Below, in pieces: positions 9,064 to 18,530 of a stretch of DNA of 64,000 bases. The position numbers and the translations under genes are program-made. The stretch comes from an uncultured Chthoniobacteraceae bacterium (lineage in GTDB: Bacteria > Verrucomicrobiota > Verrucomicrobiia > Chthoniobacterales > DYNR01), in the NCBI GenBank assembly GCA_964595865.1, contig CAZQRL010000005.1:62433-126432 (forward strand), given 5' to 3'. Position 1 is the first letter of the stretch. Each line of letters starts with the position of its first letter. Below the pieces are notes generated by a model. It ran no database searches, had not been told where the DNA came from, and saw only the letters and a program-made list of their open reading frames with translations.

Positions 9064-11507
9064 TGAACCCGCCGCCTCCGCGCCGATTCTGGACCCGACT
9101 GGTGCGGTTTATCGCCCGTGGGGTGCTTCTTCTTTTGCTGGTCGGGGTGCCCGGGATTTTGCTTTTGCTGCAGACGGTGGGGTTGCCGCGCCATTGGACG
9201 ACGCCGATTTTGGCATCCCTCAGCGGGGACCGCTATCGCATCACGATTGACCGCCTAACGTTTGGCGTGCTCTCGGGGTTCACGGCGCGTGGAGTGCATT
9301 TGGAAAGTCGGGAAGGAGAAGTGCTGGCCCAGGGCGACCGCATCACGCTGTCTCCAAATTTGGCGGCGTTGGGGCAGGGGAAGTTTATTGTGGATGCGTT
9401 AGAAGTGACCGGGGCCGACTGGCAAATTCCACTTTCCGGGGTTCCGCCGCTGGCGTTGCAGGAGGTGCGAGCGCGCTTGCGGGTGCTGCCGGGTCAGCTG
9501 CGGATCTCGCAGTTGCAGTTTGTCTGTGAGGGCATTGAGGTTTCCCTTACGGGAACGCTCCTGAATCCGGCGAATTTTCGCCTTCCTGAAAGAGAGGACG
9601 CTGCCCCACCGCCCTCTTTTTCGGTCTGGAAACGCGTGCAGACCCTGCTGGCTGAGGCCGAGTGGAGCGGGCCGCGTCCGCGCTTGGAACTAGAGGTCTC
9701 GGGGGATCTGGCCGATTTAGCCCAGATTGAAGCCGCGCCGATTCGCTTCCGCACTGGGAAACTGCGCTGGCGGGGAGCCGGGTGGGAGCAATTGGATTTA
9801 GAAGCCTCCTGGCGGGCCGGGGAGTTGGTTCTGGAGGAGTTGGCAATCAGCGAGGCTGGGCAGCGATTGGTGTTGCAGGGGTCCTGGCAACAGAAATCCC
9901 GCACCGGACAAGCGCATGGAGCTTCTTCCTTGAATCTTTGGCCTTGGCTGGAGGCCCTGGGGTATGCCGACCGGCTGCAGGAGGTCACGCCTCCTCGGCA
10001 GCTTTTGCTGGAAGGGCATGCGCAATTTGCCCAAAAGGACAACGCGCCGTGGGAAATTTTCTTAATGGGCGGGGTAAAAATCTCCAAGGCGGCTTTCCGC
10101 GGGGTGCCCATTGAGTTGTTGCAAAGTGAATTCGCCTGGCAGCCGGGGAAGTTTCTTACCCGCAACGCCCGCGTCGAGGCTGCCCCGGTGGCTGCCACCG
10201 TGGATTTTTTTCTCGAAGGGGATCGGGCTCGCTTGCGGGCCCGCGGGAAGGCCGATCCGACCCGGGGGCTGGCATGGTTGGACGAGGGGATGAAGCGGAT
10301 TTTTCGCGAGATGGAGTTCAGCGCTCCGGGGGAGGGGGAGATCGAGTTGGAGTGGCCTTTGCGCGAGTCGGCGAAGTTGCGTGGACAGGGGCACATTCGA
10401 CTTGGAGCGGCGGCCATGCGCGGCTCGTGGATAGATTCCGCCGAGGCGGATGTGGAGATTGCCGATCGGGCGGTGACCTATCGCAATTTGCAAGTGCGCC
10501 GTGGGGAAGGTTTGGGCACCGGAACCTTTGTCTATGATTTCGGGCAACAGCAGGTGCGCTTGGAAAAAATCGTCTCCACGCTCGATCCCTATCAAATCAT
10601 GCTCTGGGTGGATCCTAGAATCGCCGAGACGATTCGGGTGTATCGTTTTCGTTCCTTGCCGACGGTGGAAGCAGACGGGGTGGTTTTTATGAAGGCTCCG
10701 GAGCAGACCTGGCTGGATCTGCAAGTGCGCTCGGACGGGCTGGATTACGATTTGTTGGGGCGGACCTTGCACCTCGGGCGCACGCGCGGCACCGTCACCG
10801 TGCGCGGCCGCCAGTTGGAGGCCCAGATTCCCACGGCAACGCTCTTCGGGGGAAATATCGCTCTGGAGGCTAAGGTCTCGCTGGCGGAGGAGGATCCGAC
10901 CTACACCTTGCAAGCCCGGGCAGATCGGCTGGAGTTTGCGCCCCTGACCAGTCTCTACTTCGACTACACGGATTCCACAGGCTGGATGAGTGGTAATCTC
11001 TCCTACCGGGCTGCCTTTGCGGATCAGACGCGGCTGGAGGGCTCGGGCTTTATTCGTATAGACGAGGGGAATGTTTTCGCCATCCCGCTGCTGGGCCCCT
11101 TCTCTAGGATACTGAACGCGATTCTTCCGGGGCTGGGTTACCAAAACGCGCGTTCCGCCACGGCGGACTTTACCATCGGCAACCAAACCATCTCCACGGA
11201 CAACCTGGAAATCATTGGACAAGGCTTCAGCCTCTACGGTGAGGGGGACATTTATTTTATCGCGGATCGGCTGGACATGTCGGTGCGCATCAATGCCCAA
11301 GGGGTGCCAGGCTTGTTGCTTTTCCCGGTAAGCAAACTTTTCGAATACGTCTCCTACGGCACGGTGAGCGATCCTGTTTGGCGGCCGAAAAACGTGCCGC
11401 GCGAACTCATGGGCATCACCGATGAGCAAGCTCGTATCCCTGGCCGGACAGTCGCCCCAGGGAGTTCTCCGACCAATCCCCCGGGAAAAATCCGCCGTCG
11501 CCGCTGA
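9060..11507 (+). CDS. AsmA-like/YhdP-type repeating beta-groove protein
   Basis: Single N-terminal TM anchor, long beta-rich body, AsmA_2-like end (ADFTIGNQTISTDNLEI...YGTVSDPVW). Confidence 0.7.
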   Translation: MMNPPPPRRFWTRLVRFIARGVLLLLLVGVPGILLLLQTVGLPRHWTTPILASLSGDRYRITIDRLTFGVLSGFTARGVHLESREGEVLAQGDRITLSPNLAALGQGKFIVDALEVTGADWQIPLSGVPPLALQEVRARLRVLPGQLRISQLQFVCEGIEVSLTGTLLNPANFRLPEREDAAPPPSFSVWKRVQTLLAEAEWSGPRPRLELEVSGDLADLAQIEAAPIRFRTGKLRWRGAGWEQLDLEASWRAGELVLEELAISEAGQRLVLQGSWQQKSRTGQAHGASSLNLWPWLEALGYADRLQEVTPPRQLLLEGHAQFAQKDNAPWEIFLMGGVKISKAAFRGVPIELLQSEFAWQPGKFLTRNARVEAAPVAATVDFFLEGDRARLRARGKADPTRGLAWLDEGMKRIFREMEFSAPGEGEIELEWPLRESAKLRGQGHIRLGAAAMRGSWIDSAEADVEIADRAVTYRNLQVRRGEGLGTGTFVYDFGQQQVRLEKIVSTLDPYQIMLWVDPRIAETIRVYRFRSLPTVEADGVVFMKAPEQTWLDLQVRSDGLDYDLLGRTLHLGRTRGTVTVRGRQLEAQIPTATLFGGNIALEAKVSLAEEDPTYTLQARADRLEFAPLTSLYFDYTDSTGWMSGNLSYRAAFADQTRLEGSGFIRIDEGNVFAIPLLGPFSRILNAILPGLGYQNARSATADFTIGNQTISTDNLEIIGQGFSLYGEGDIYFIADRLDMSVRINAQGVPGLLLFPVSKLFEYVSYGTVSDPVWRPKNVPRELMGITDEQARIPGRTVAPGSSPTNPPGKIRRRR

Positions 11508-11524
11508 GGATTTTCCTCGCTGGC

Positions 11525-12376
11525 TCAGGCCTTGGCCATGCGGGTGAGGTGGAGTTTGCGGCTCAGACTGCGGCGCAAGCGCTCTCCGAGAAGATCCAGG
11601 GCCGTCACCACCAGCATCAACACCACTAGGACCGTGGAAAATTGCCGCCATTGCCCATATTCCTGAAAAATGTGCAACTGCAGGCCGATGCCACCGGCAC
11701 CAACGTAGCCAATGATGGCCGCCGAGCGGAGGTTGTATTCCAGGAGCCAGAGCGAATGGCTCCAGAAAAGGGGCTGCAGTCCTGGCCAGAGTCCGTATTG
11801 GAAGGCCTGCAGGGGATGTGCCCCGGTGGCGCAGAGGCTGCGCGCAACTTCGATATCAGCGGCCTCCAAAGCATCGCCAAAAAATTTCCCCAGATAGCCC
11901 AAACTGTAGAAAGTCAGCGCCAGAACCCCCGCCAGAGCGTTCGGTCCGACAATCACCACTGCCAATACGGCCCACAGTAGCGAGGGCAAAGTGCGAATGG
12001 CGTTGAGCAGCAGGCGCACCAGGCGCACCAACCAGCGGGGAGAGAAATTGCCCGCTCCCGCCAAAGCCAGCGGGATGGCCAGGAGAATGGCTCCCGCAGT
12101 GGAGACCAGTGCGATCTGGGCGGTCTCGAGGAGTGAGCGCAGAACCTCCGGGAGCACGGAGAAATCCGGTGGCCAGAGCCGTCCCAGAAAGCGCCCCAAA
12201 TTTCCAAGCACATCCACCGAGCGCCCAGGCCCCCGCAACTGCGTGATCGAAAGAGCCACTAAGAGCAGGAAAACCAGCAGCAGGATTCGCCCCAGCCCCA
12301 ATCGCTCATGCCAGCGCAACTCCGGATAATACGGCGCGGCTGGCGCAGCGGAAGATTTTTCCGCCTCGTGGGTCAT
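11525..12376 (-). CDS. phnE: Phosphonate/phosphite ABC transporter permease (PhnE/PtxC family)
   Basis: IRTLPSLLWA, GYLGKFFGDALE, EYNLRSAAIIGYVGAGGIG. Confidence 0.88.
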   Translation of the reverse strand: MTHEAEKSSAAPAAPYYPELRWHERLGLGRILLLVFLLLVALSITQLRGPGRSVDVLGNLGRFLGRLWPPDFSVLPEVLRSLLETAQIALVSTAGAILLAIPLALAGAGNFSPRWLVRLVRLLLNAIRTLPSLLWAVLAVVIVGPNALAGVLALTFYSLGYLGKFFGDALEAADIEVARSLCATGAHPLQAFQYGLWPGLQPLFWSHSLWLLEYNLRSAAIIGYVGAGGIGLQLHIFQEYGQWRQFSTVLVVLMLVVTALDLLGERLRRSLSRKLHLTRMAKA

Positions 12377-13114
12377 TCAAGCAGCTGCCGCCAAAGAGGG
12401 CTGGCGGGTTGTCAAAGTCCAAGAGGCCGGCTCCGTGCCACTCAAACGCAGGAGAGTATCGGCAAACTCCGCCGCTAGATCCTCCTGGTGCAAAACGCAG
12501 ACCACGGTCGTCCCGGCGTGATCGGCTTGTTGGCGCAAGCGTTGCAGGACTTGCCGGGCCAGGGCGGGATCGAGTTGCGAGACGGGTTCGTCGGCGAGGA
12601 TGAGCGATGGATTTTGCAGGAGAGCCCGGGCGACCGCCGTGCGCTGTTGTTCGCCACCGGAGACCTCGGCTGCGCGCGCCTGCAGTCTTCCTCCCAGCCC
12701 GAGTGCGCAGAGCAGGTCGGCCGCGCGCCGACGGTCACAGCTGGGAAAGCCGCAGAGGGTGCGCCAGCAGGCGTGCTGCCCCAAGCAACCACAAAGGGCA
12801 TTGTCGAGCAGGGTCAGGTTGGGCACGAGTTGGAGATTCTGCAAAACCAGACCCGTGCGGCCCCGGGAACCTGCGCCAGAGCAGGAGGAGGGGCGCACCA
12901 CCCGGCCCTCGGTCGGCTCGAGCAACCCCGCCAGGCATTGCATGAGGGAAGATTTGCCAGATCCAGAGGGGCCCATGATGACGAGAAAATCTCCGGCGTG
13001 CAGGCGGAGATCAAGCTCTCGCCAAAGCCAGCGGGAGCCGCGCCGCAGGCCGAGCTTTTCCGAGCGCAGGCTTTCGGCAGGAGAGTGGGAGGATTCGGAA
13101 AAGCAGGGGAGCAT
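12377..13114 (-). CDS. phnC: Phosphonate ABC transporter ATP-binding subunit
   Basis: GPSGSGKS, SGGEQQR, ILADEPVSQLDP, VLHQ; between phnD and phnE homologs. Confidence 0.85.
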   Translation of the reverse strand: MLPCFSESSHSPAESLRSEKLGLRRGSRWLWRELDLRLHAGDFLVIMGPSGSGKSSLMQCLAGLLEPTEGRVVRPSSCSGAGSRGRTGLVLQNLQLVPNLTLLDNALCGCLGQHACWRTLCGFPSCDRRRAADLLCALGLGGRLQARAAEVSGGEQQRTAVARALLQNPSLILADEPVSQLDPALARQVLQRLRQQADHAGTTVVCVLHQEDLAAEFADTLLRLSGTEPASWTLTTRQPSLAAAA

Positions 13115-13125
13115 CGGGAGGAAAT

Positions 13126-14043
13126 TCAGCGCCAGGCTTTGACCCAGGATAGGGCCTCGCCAATGCCGGCCAGATGGGTCTCGGGCTCGACTTCCACCAA
13201 GCGGCCAGTGAAGAGCCGCTTTCCAAGATCATTGGCCCCATTTGCAGTTTGACCCTCGTTGAGCCCAAGAAGGGCCTTTTTTAAGGCCGCTTGCCGTTTC
13301 GGCTCCAGCGATCGGCGCACCGCAATCACGTGAGTTGGCACCGGCCCCTGGCTCTGCAGAGCTCGCAATTGCTTCCGCTGCTCGGCTGTGAGGTGTTTAT
13401 CTTCGTCCAAAACATAGTAGCTCACCGCCGCTGCTTCCGCCTCGCCGGATAAAACCCGCTCCACTGCACTCACGTAGCCGGTGCCAAAAAATACCTGCCC
13501 GGCGCCGAAATAGTCCTCCGGATTTTCCCCGGCGCGCAACAACCCGCGGCGAACCAAATCCTGATACGGAATGACAAACCCGCTCATGCTGGTGCGGCTG
13601 GCAAAAGCCACCGGACGCCCGCGCAGGTCTTCCACCGATTGATAGGGCTTGTCTTGCAGCGTGACCCAATAGCTCGGGTAGGAGGTTTTGCCTTGGATCT
13701 CGCCCGCCAGGAGGATTTCCGCCGCTCCCCGCTCCCGCACCAAAACCATGTCGGCGGCACTCAAATACGCCGCGTCCACCGTGCCATTTTCCAGCCCTTC
13801 CAAAATTACCGCTCCCGACATCGGCACAATAACCCGCGCCGACTCCCCGGTGGCTTGTTCTAAGTAGTTCCCCAAGGCTACCCGCTCTTCCTTCATGACG
13901 TCCGGATTTTTATCCGGCTTCAACGCCACGACCCACTCGGCCCGAACAGTCGCAACCCCGGCCAAAAGGCCCCCCAAGAGGGTCAATGGCAGGATGGAGG
14001 CCAGGACGCGGCGGAATTCAAAGCGTGCAGTTTGCCAAAACAT
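13126..14043 (-). CDS. phnD: Phosphate/phosphite/phosphonate ABC substrate-binding protein (PhnD family)
   Basis: Signal peptide, SYPSYWV, DLRGRPVAFASRTSMSGFVIP; context with phnC/phnE. Confidence 0.8.
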   Translation of the reverse strand: MFWQTARFEFRRVLASILPLTLLGGLLAGVATVRAEWVVALKPDKNPDVMKEERVALGNYLEQATGESARVIVPMSGAVILEGLENGTVDAAYLSAADMVLVRERGAAEILLAGEIQGKTSYPSYWVTLQDKPYQSVEDLRGRPVAFASRTSMSGFVIPYQDLVRRGLLRAGENPEDYFGAGQVFFGTGYVSAVERVLSGEAEAAAVSYYVLDEDKHLTAEQRKQLRALQSQGPVPTHVIAVRRSLEPKRQAALKKALLGLNEGQTANGANDLGKRLFTGRLVEVEPETHLAGIGEALSWVKAWR

Positions 14044-14135
14044 GGTGCTCAAGCTAATGAGACGCGTTCTCAAACGCAAGGGGGAGGTTGCTTTTTTCAC
14101 GAAAATTTTCCGGCTCACCGACCGGCAAAGTGCGA

Positions 14136-15956
14136 TCAATCGGGGTGCGGACGGCGAACGGTGCGCCGCAGGCAGGGCAAGGCGGCGAGGAGGAGCCACC
14201 AAGAGGCAGGTTCGGGGATGACGCTCAGGGAGCCGGTGCCGAAGGACAAGGCAAAGCTCTCCCAGGTGCCGAAGTGCGCAAAGTCGGTGTTCGTGGAGCT
14301 ATTCTGCAGGGAGATGGACCAGACTCCATTGAGATCTTCGCCGAAGTAGGCATAGCTGATAAAAGTCCAATCGAGCGCAGCGGCCAGGCTGCGATTGGGC
14401 TCGAAGGAACCTCCGATGAGATTGCGGTCGTTGCTGAATAGGGCGTAGCTGGTGCCGCTGGGGGAGATGAGTTGAGCGGAGAGATCGCCCAGGATGGCAC
14501 CAACCCCGTTCTGGTAGTCCGTGAGATCGGTTTGCAGGCCGCTGAGCGTGAGGCGTACTTGCACGTATTCCAAGGGCAGGGCGGCGGGATGCTGCACGAG
14601 GAGGTTTTGGCTGAGGCTCAGGTTCCCGGAGCCGAAGTGCTGGCCCGTGAGAATTTGGGGAGCTTCGGAGTAAACCGTCAGTTCACTGAGGCTTTGCACC
14701 TGCGTGGCGGCTAGGGTGAAAGCATCGGCGTCTATAAGCCCGAATCCATAGCTTTTGTTGAAGTGGTAACCCGCGGCGTTAGTGATCCAGTCGGCATGGT
14801 CGGCATCCACAAGACGGCTGGTGCGGGCCAGGAGGTGGCGGGCCATGCGCAGATCGAGGTCTGGATTGGCTTCCACGCCCAGGGCCAGGATGCCCGCGAC
14901 GAGCGGGGCGGCGGAGGAGGTGCCGCCGAAATTGCTGGCGTAGTTCCCGAGATCGCCCGTGCTCACTGGAGCAAAAAAGGCATCCGGCCCATCTTCGAAG
15001 CTGTTGTAGCCATCCGAGCCAGTGCGGTCGGTGGTGGAGATGGAAAACAGCCCCGGTGGTGCCAGGGAATTGGAGGGAGCCGTTACGAGAACATTTGCGC
15101 CGAAGCTCGAGTAATCGGCATGCCGCCCGTCGGAGCCCAGTGCCGCCACGACGATCCCGTATGGGCTAACAGCGTTCCAATTCGTTGCCGCATCCTGCGT
15201 GGGCCACTCGTTACGCTGGTTCCCCGCGCTGAAAACATGCAGCACCTTGCGCTGGGCACTTTGCTCTAGAGCCGGGTGAATCAACTCCCAGTCGGTGTCC
15301 AGGACGAACCCCTCGCGGAATCCATAGCTGTGATTCATGACCCGCACCGGTGCGACGCCTCCCGTGAACACCACCGAGGGATCCAACTCGTCCGCAAGAT
15401 TTCTTTGGCCTTGAAAACCGATGGCCCAAGCTTCCGCTTGGTGATGGGAAACCCCGCCAGCGGGGGTTTCGATAAGTAAACGCTGGGCGGCGATTCCCGC
15501 AAACGGCGCGGCCCCGGTCACTCCGATCCCATTTCTTCCCCGGGCGGCCGCGACCCCAGCCACTGCGGTGCCGTGATTGTCCAATGGGAGCAGCGGGGTG
15601 CCTCGCCAGGCCGCAGCATTGTTCGCCCCCACGGTGAGCGAGTAATCCCAGCTAAAGTCATTGCGGAAATTTTCTATGAGGTCTGGGTGATTGCCTTGGG
15701 TGCCGCTGTCGAGAATGCTAATGATGACGCCCGCTCCGGTGAGACCGCGTTGCCACGCGCCCCAGACGTTGGCATCAAGTCCGGCATTGCCAGGGGAAAG
15801 GGCCAGGAGGTTCCGAAGGTGCCATTGCCCGGGGTATGCGGAATCGGTGATATTTCCGGTGACTCCGGGGAAGTAGTAAGGATCATCGGGGGAGAATTGG
15901 GCGCAGGCGGAGGCCAGGAGCCATCCGCTCACGAGCCAAACCAAGAGCGCACGCAT
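14136..15956 (-). CDS. S8 (kexin/furin-like) serine peptidase with P-domain and PEP-CTERM-like tail
   Basis: ILDSG, NHGTAVAG, SAGN, GGTSSAAP triad and oxyanion motifs; YGFGLIDA; P-domain (GDLSAQLISPSGT...GEDLNGVWSISL); IPEPASWWLLL..RR. Confidence 0.92.
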   Translation of the reverse strand: MRALLVWLVSGWLLASACAQFSPDDPYYFPGVTGNITDSAYPGQWHLRNLLALSPGNAGLDANVWGAWQRGLTGAGVIISILDSGTQGNHPDLIENFRNDFSWDYSLTVGANNAAAWRGTPLLPLDNHGTAVAGVAAARGRNGIGVTGAAPFAGIAAQRLLIETPAGGVSHHQAEAWAIGFQGQRNLADELDPSVVFTGGVAPVRVMNHSYGFREGFVLDTDWELIHPALEQSAQRKVLHVFSAGNQRNEWPTQDAATNWNAVSPYGIVVAALGSDGRHADYSSFGANVLVTAPSNSLAPPGLFSISTTDRTGSDGYNSFEDGPDAFFAPVSTGDLGNYASNFGGTSSAAPLVAGILALGVEANPDLDLRMARHLLARTSRLVDADHADWITNAAGYHFNKSYGFGLIDADAFTLAATQVQSLSELTVYSEAPQILTGQHFGSGNLSLSQNLLVQHPAALPLEYVQVRLTLSGLQTDLTDYQNGVGAILGDLSAQLISPSGTSYALFSNDRNLIGGSFEPNRSLAAALDWTFISYAYFGEDLNGVWSISLQNSSTNTDFAHFGTWESFALSFGTGSLSVIPEPASWWLLLAALPCLRRTVRRPHPD

Positions 15957-15962
15957 CCCGCG

Positions 15963-15991
15963 CAACTAAGCAGCAAATTTGACCCCGTCAA
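15963..15991 (-). promoter_or_regulatory. Sigma70-like promoter, apparently leaderless
   Basis: TTGACG-N17-TAGTTG ending 6 nt before the ATG at 15956. Confidence 0.45.
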
Positions 15992-16052
15992 GCTGGGAGG
16001 GCAATTCCGGTTGCCTCGCCCAGGGTAAATTAGCTAGATTAGCACTCGCACC

Positions 16053-18530
16053 ATGATGGCCTCGAATTCACATCATGCCGGTGCCCCTCATGGCCCGACT
16101 CATCGGCTTACGTTGCTGCTGGTGGGGCTAACATTGCTTTACTTGTTGCTCCTGGGGGTAATCATTTGGGGCACGGATCGGCGGATGCGCGCCAACTTTT
16201 TGCTCGAGGCCCAGCTAGCTTCCGCGGCTGTGGATCGTTCCCTGGTGCAGGAACTTCGTGGGGAGTTGGCAGACAAGAATCTGCCTGCTTACGAGAAACT
16301 CGAGCGCGCCCTTACGGAAATCTTACAAATCAATACCGACTACCAATACGTCTATCTGATGCGCCAATCGCCCGAAGGCGCCCTGATTCTGATTGGTATC
16401 CAGGATGATGCGCGGGAGGAAACCGCCCCCATCGAACCGGGCACCCTGTATGAAGACGCCTCTCCAGAGCTGCTGAAATTACTGGCTGATCCGCAAATGG
16501 GAGCCTTTGTGGAGGGCCCGCTTGAGGACGTCTATGGGAGTTGGGTCTCGGCCTTGCTGCCCTTGCGCGATCCCGACACCGGGGAGGCAGTGGCCGTCTT
16601 TGGCATTGATATCCATGAGAACTCTTGGAGGACGCGGTTGTTCCTGGAAGTGGCTCCGTTTGGGGGGCTCCTGCTAATTTTTTTCATCGCTTTTGCGGCG
16701 TATTATCTCCTGCGGAAGCGGCCCTCTGCAGAACCCAAGGTGCGGTCGGTTTCGCAGCGGCTCCTGCTCCCTTTGTTGGGAGCGCTCCTGGTGTTGTTGG
16801 CGGCTTTTCTCCTGGTGGTCTTGTATTGGCAGAAGCGCCAGGTGGACCATGCCAAATTGGTTGCCACCCAGCGTGTCCAAGGAACCTTGGAAACCTTGCT
16901 GGCCGAGCGGGAGAAATTCCTCCGGGCCATCGCACAGACTTTCACCACCACCCCTTGGATCACGCAGATGTTGGCCCAGGGCGATCGGCAAACGCTCTTG
17001 CAGCATTACGAGAATCTCTGGGAGAGCTTGCGCCAGGAGGCCGGGGTAGATTTGTTTTACCTGATTGATAAAAACGGTCGCTGTGTTCTCCGGGTGCATG
17101 ACCCGGCGCGCTATGGGGATGAAGTCACGGATGAGATTTTTCTCCGGGCACGAGAGACTGGGCGGATGGAGGCTGGAGTTGGACTGAGCCTGCGCGGGCG
17201 GCCGGCTCTCCGGGTGAGTGCCCCCGTCTGGTATCAAGGTCAGTTGGTGGGATACATTGAGGTGGCCTCGACGCTGCCGAACCTCCTGCAAGAATTGGAA
17301 GAAGCTGGCCGTGTGGACTTGGTGGCGACCTTGGACCGGGAGAATCTCCGTCCCGAATACGGTCCCTGGTATCAACCGCAGGATCCTTGGGTCGGTGATG
17401 AATTTGGCAGTGAGGTGATTTTTTACGCTTCCTCCCAACAACTGCTTCCGGAGATCCTTGCTTTCCAGCATGGGAAAAGCCACACGCGGCTGCCGAAGAG
17501 TGGCGCTGATTGGGAAATCTCGCGCCTGCCGCTGCGAACTTCCGCGGGCAAGGATTTTGGTAACCTCTACGTCTTTCTCAACACGGCGGCCTCCCAGCGG
17601 GAATTCCACCTGTTTGTCGGGCTGGCCTTGGCAGTATTCGGCACCGTGAGTGTCGCCTTGGTGAGTTCTCTTTACGTCACTCTGCGCCGCACCGATCAAG
17701 CATTGCTGGCCCAGCACGAGCAACTCTTCGCGGCCAACCAAGAGCTGGCGCAACAACGAGTGCAAGCGGAGGAGCTGGCCCGCAAGGCCGAAGCGGCAAC
17801 TCAGGCAAAAAGCGATTTTCTCGCTTTTATGAGCCACGAAATCCGCAACCCTTTGGGAGGGATCATCGGGCTCACGTCCCTGCTCAAGGAGTCGCCGCTC
17901 CCGTCCGATGCCGCCCAGATTACCGGACTCATTGAAAAGAGCGCGCAAGATCTGCTCAGCCTGATCAACAACGTGCTGGACTACTCGCGCCTCGAGGCTG
18001 GCCGGATGGAATTGGAAGCGATCGAGTTTTCTGTGGCAGAATTGCTCCGCGATGCCGCTGCGCTGTTTCAACCTACTGCGGCCAAAAAAGGATTGGAATT
18101 TCAGGCGCAGCTCGATCCTGCTTTGCCGACCCGGGTTTGGGGGGATCCCACGCGCCTCCGCCAAGTCCTGCATAATCTCCTCGGGAATGCGTGCAAGTTT
18201 ACCCACCATGGTCGCATCACCCTGGTGGCTCGTCTTTTGCCTGAGGCCTCGGACCGGGCGACGGCAGCGGTGTGTTTTGAGGTGCACGATACCGGGGTGG
18301 ACATTCCGGCGGACAAGCTATCGCAGATTTTTGAGAAGTTTCGTCAAGCCGACCAGTCCACGGCACGGGAATTTGGAGGCAGCGGGCTCGGGCTGGCGAT
18401 CTCGCGCGAGCTTGTGCAACGCATGGGGGGGGAGCTGCGGGTCGAGAGTACGGCAGGAGAGGGTTCGACTTTTGGGTTCAGCATTCCTTTTTCCATCCAG
18501 CCTCCCACATCCGAGACGCCCAAGGGCTAA
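16053..18530 (+). CDS. Membrane sensor histidine kinase with two extracytoplasmic Cache-like modules, no receiver
   Basis: About 4 TM helices, KSDFLAFMSHEIRNPL H-box, NLLGNACKFT N-box, GGSGLGL G2-box. Confidence 0.9.
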   Translation: MMASNSHHAGAPHGPTHRLTLLLVGLTLLYLLLLGVIIWGTDRRMRANFLLEAQLASAAVDRSLVQELRGELADKNLPAYEKLERALTEILQINTDYQYVYLMRQSPEGALILIGIQDDAREETAPIEPGTLYEDASPELLKLLADPQMGAFVEGPLEDVYGSWVSALLPLRDPDTGEAVAVFGIDIHENSWRTRLFLEVAPFGGLLLIFFIAFAAYYLLRKRPSAEPKVRSVSQRLLLPLLGALLVLLAAFLLVVLYWQKRQVDHAKLVATQRVQGTLETLLAEREKFLRAIAQTFTTTPWITQMLAQGDRQTLLQHYENLWESLRQEAGVDLFYLIDKNGRCVLRVHDPARYGDEVTDEIFLRARETGRMEAGVGLSLRGRPALRVSAPVWYQGQLVGYIEVASTLPNLLQELEEAGRVDLVATLDRENLRPEYGPWYQPQDPWVGDEFGSEVIFYASSQQLLPEILAFQHGKSHTRLPKSGADWEISRLPLRTSAGKDFGNLYVFLNTAASQREFHLFVGLALAVFGTVSVALVSSLYVTLRRTDQALLAQHEQLFAANQELAQQRVQAEELARKAEAATQAKSDFLAFMSHEIRNPLGGIIGLTSLLKESPLPSDAAQITGLIEKSAQDLLSLINNVLDYSRLEAGRMELEAIEFSVAELLRDAAALFQPTAAKKGLEFQAQLDPALPTRVWGDPTRLRQVLHNLLGNACKFTHHGRITLVARLLPEASDRATAAVCFEVHDTGVDIPADKLSQIFEKFRQADQSTAREFGGSGLGLAISRELVQRMGGELRVESTAGEGSTFGFSIPFSIQPPTSETPKG

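Noticed and set aside
10062-11651. Long antisense ORFs (also 16674-18287, 27403-28650, 31385-32788, 56058-57728)
   Set aside because: Shadow frames opposite well-supported genes in GC-rich DNA; no recognisable motifs
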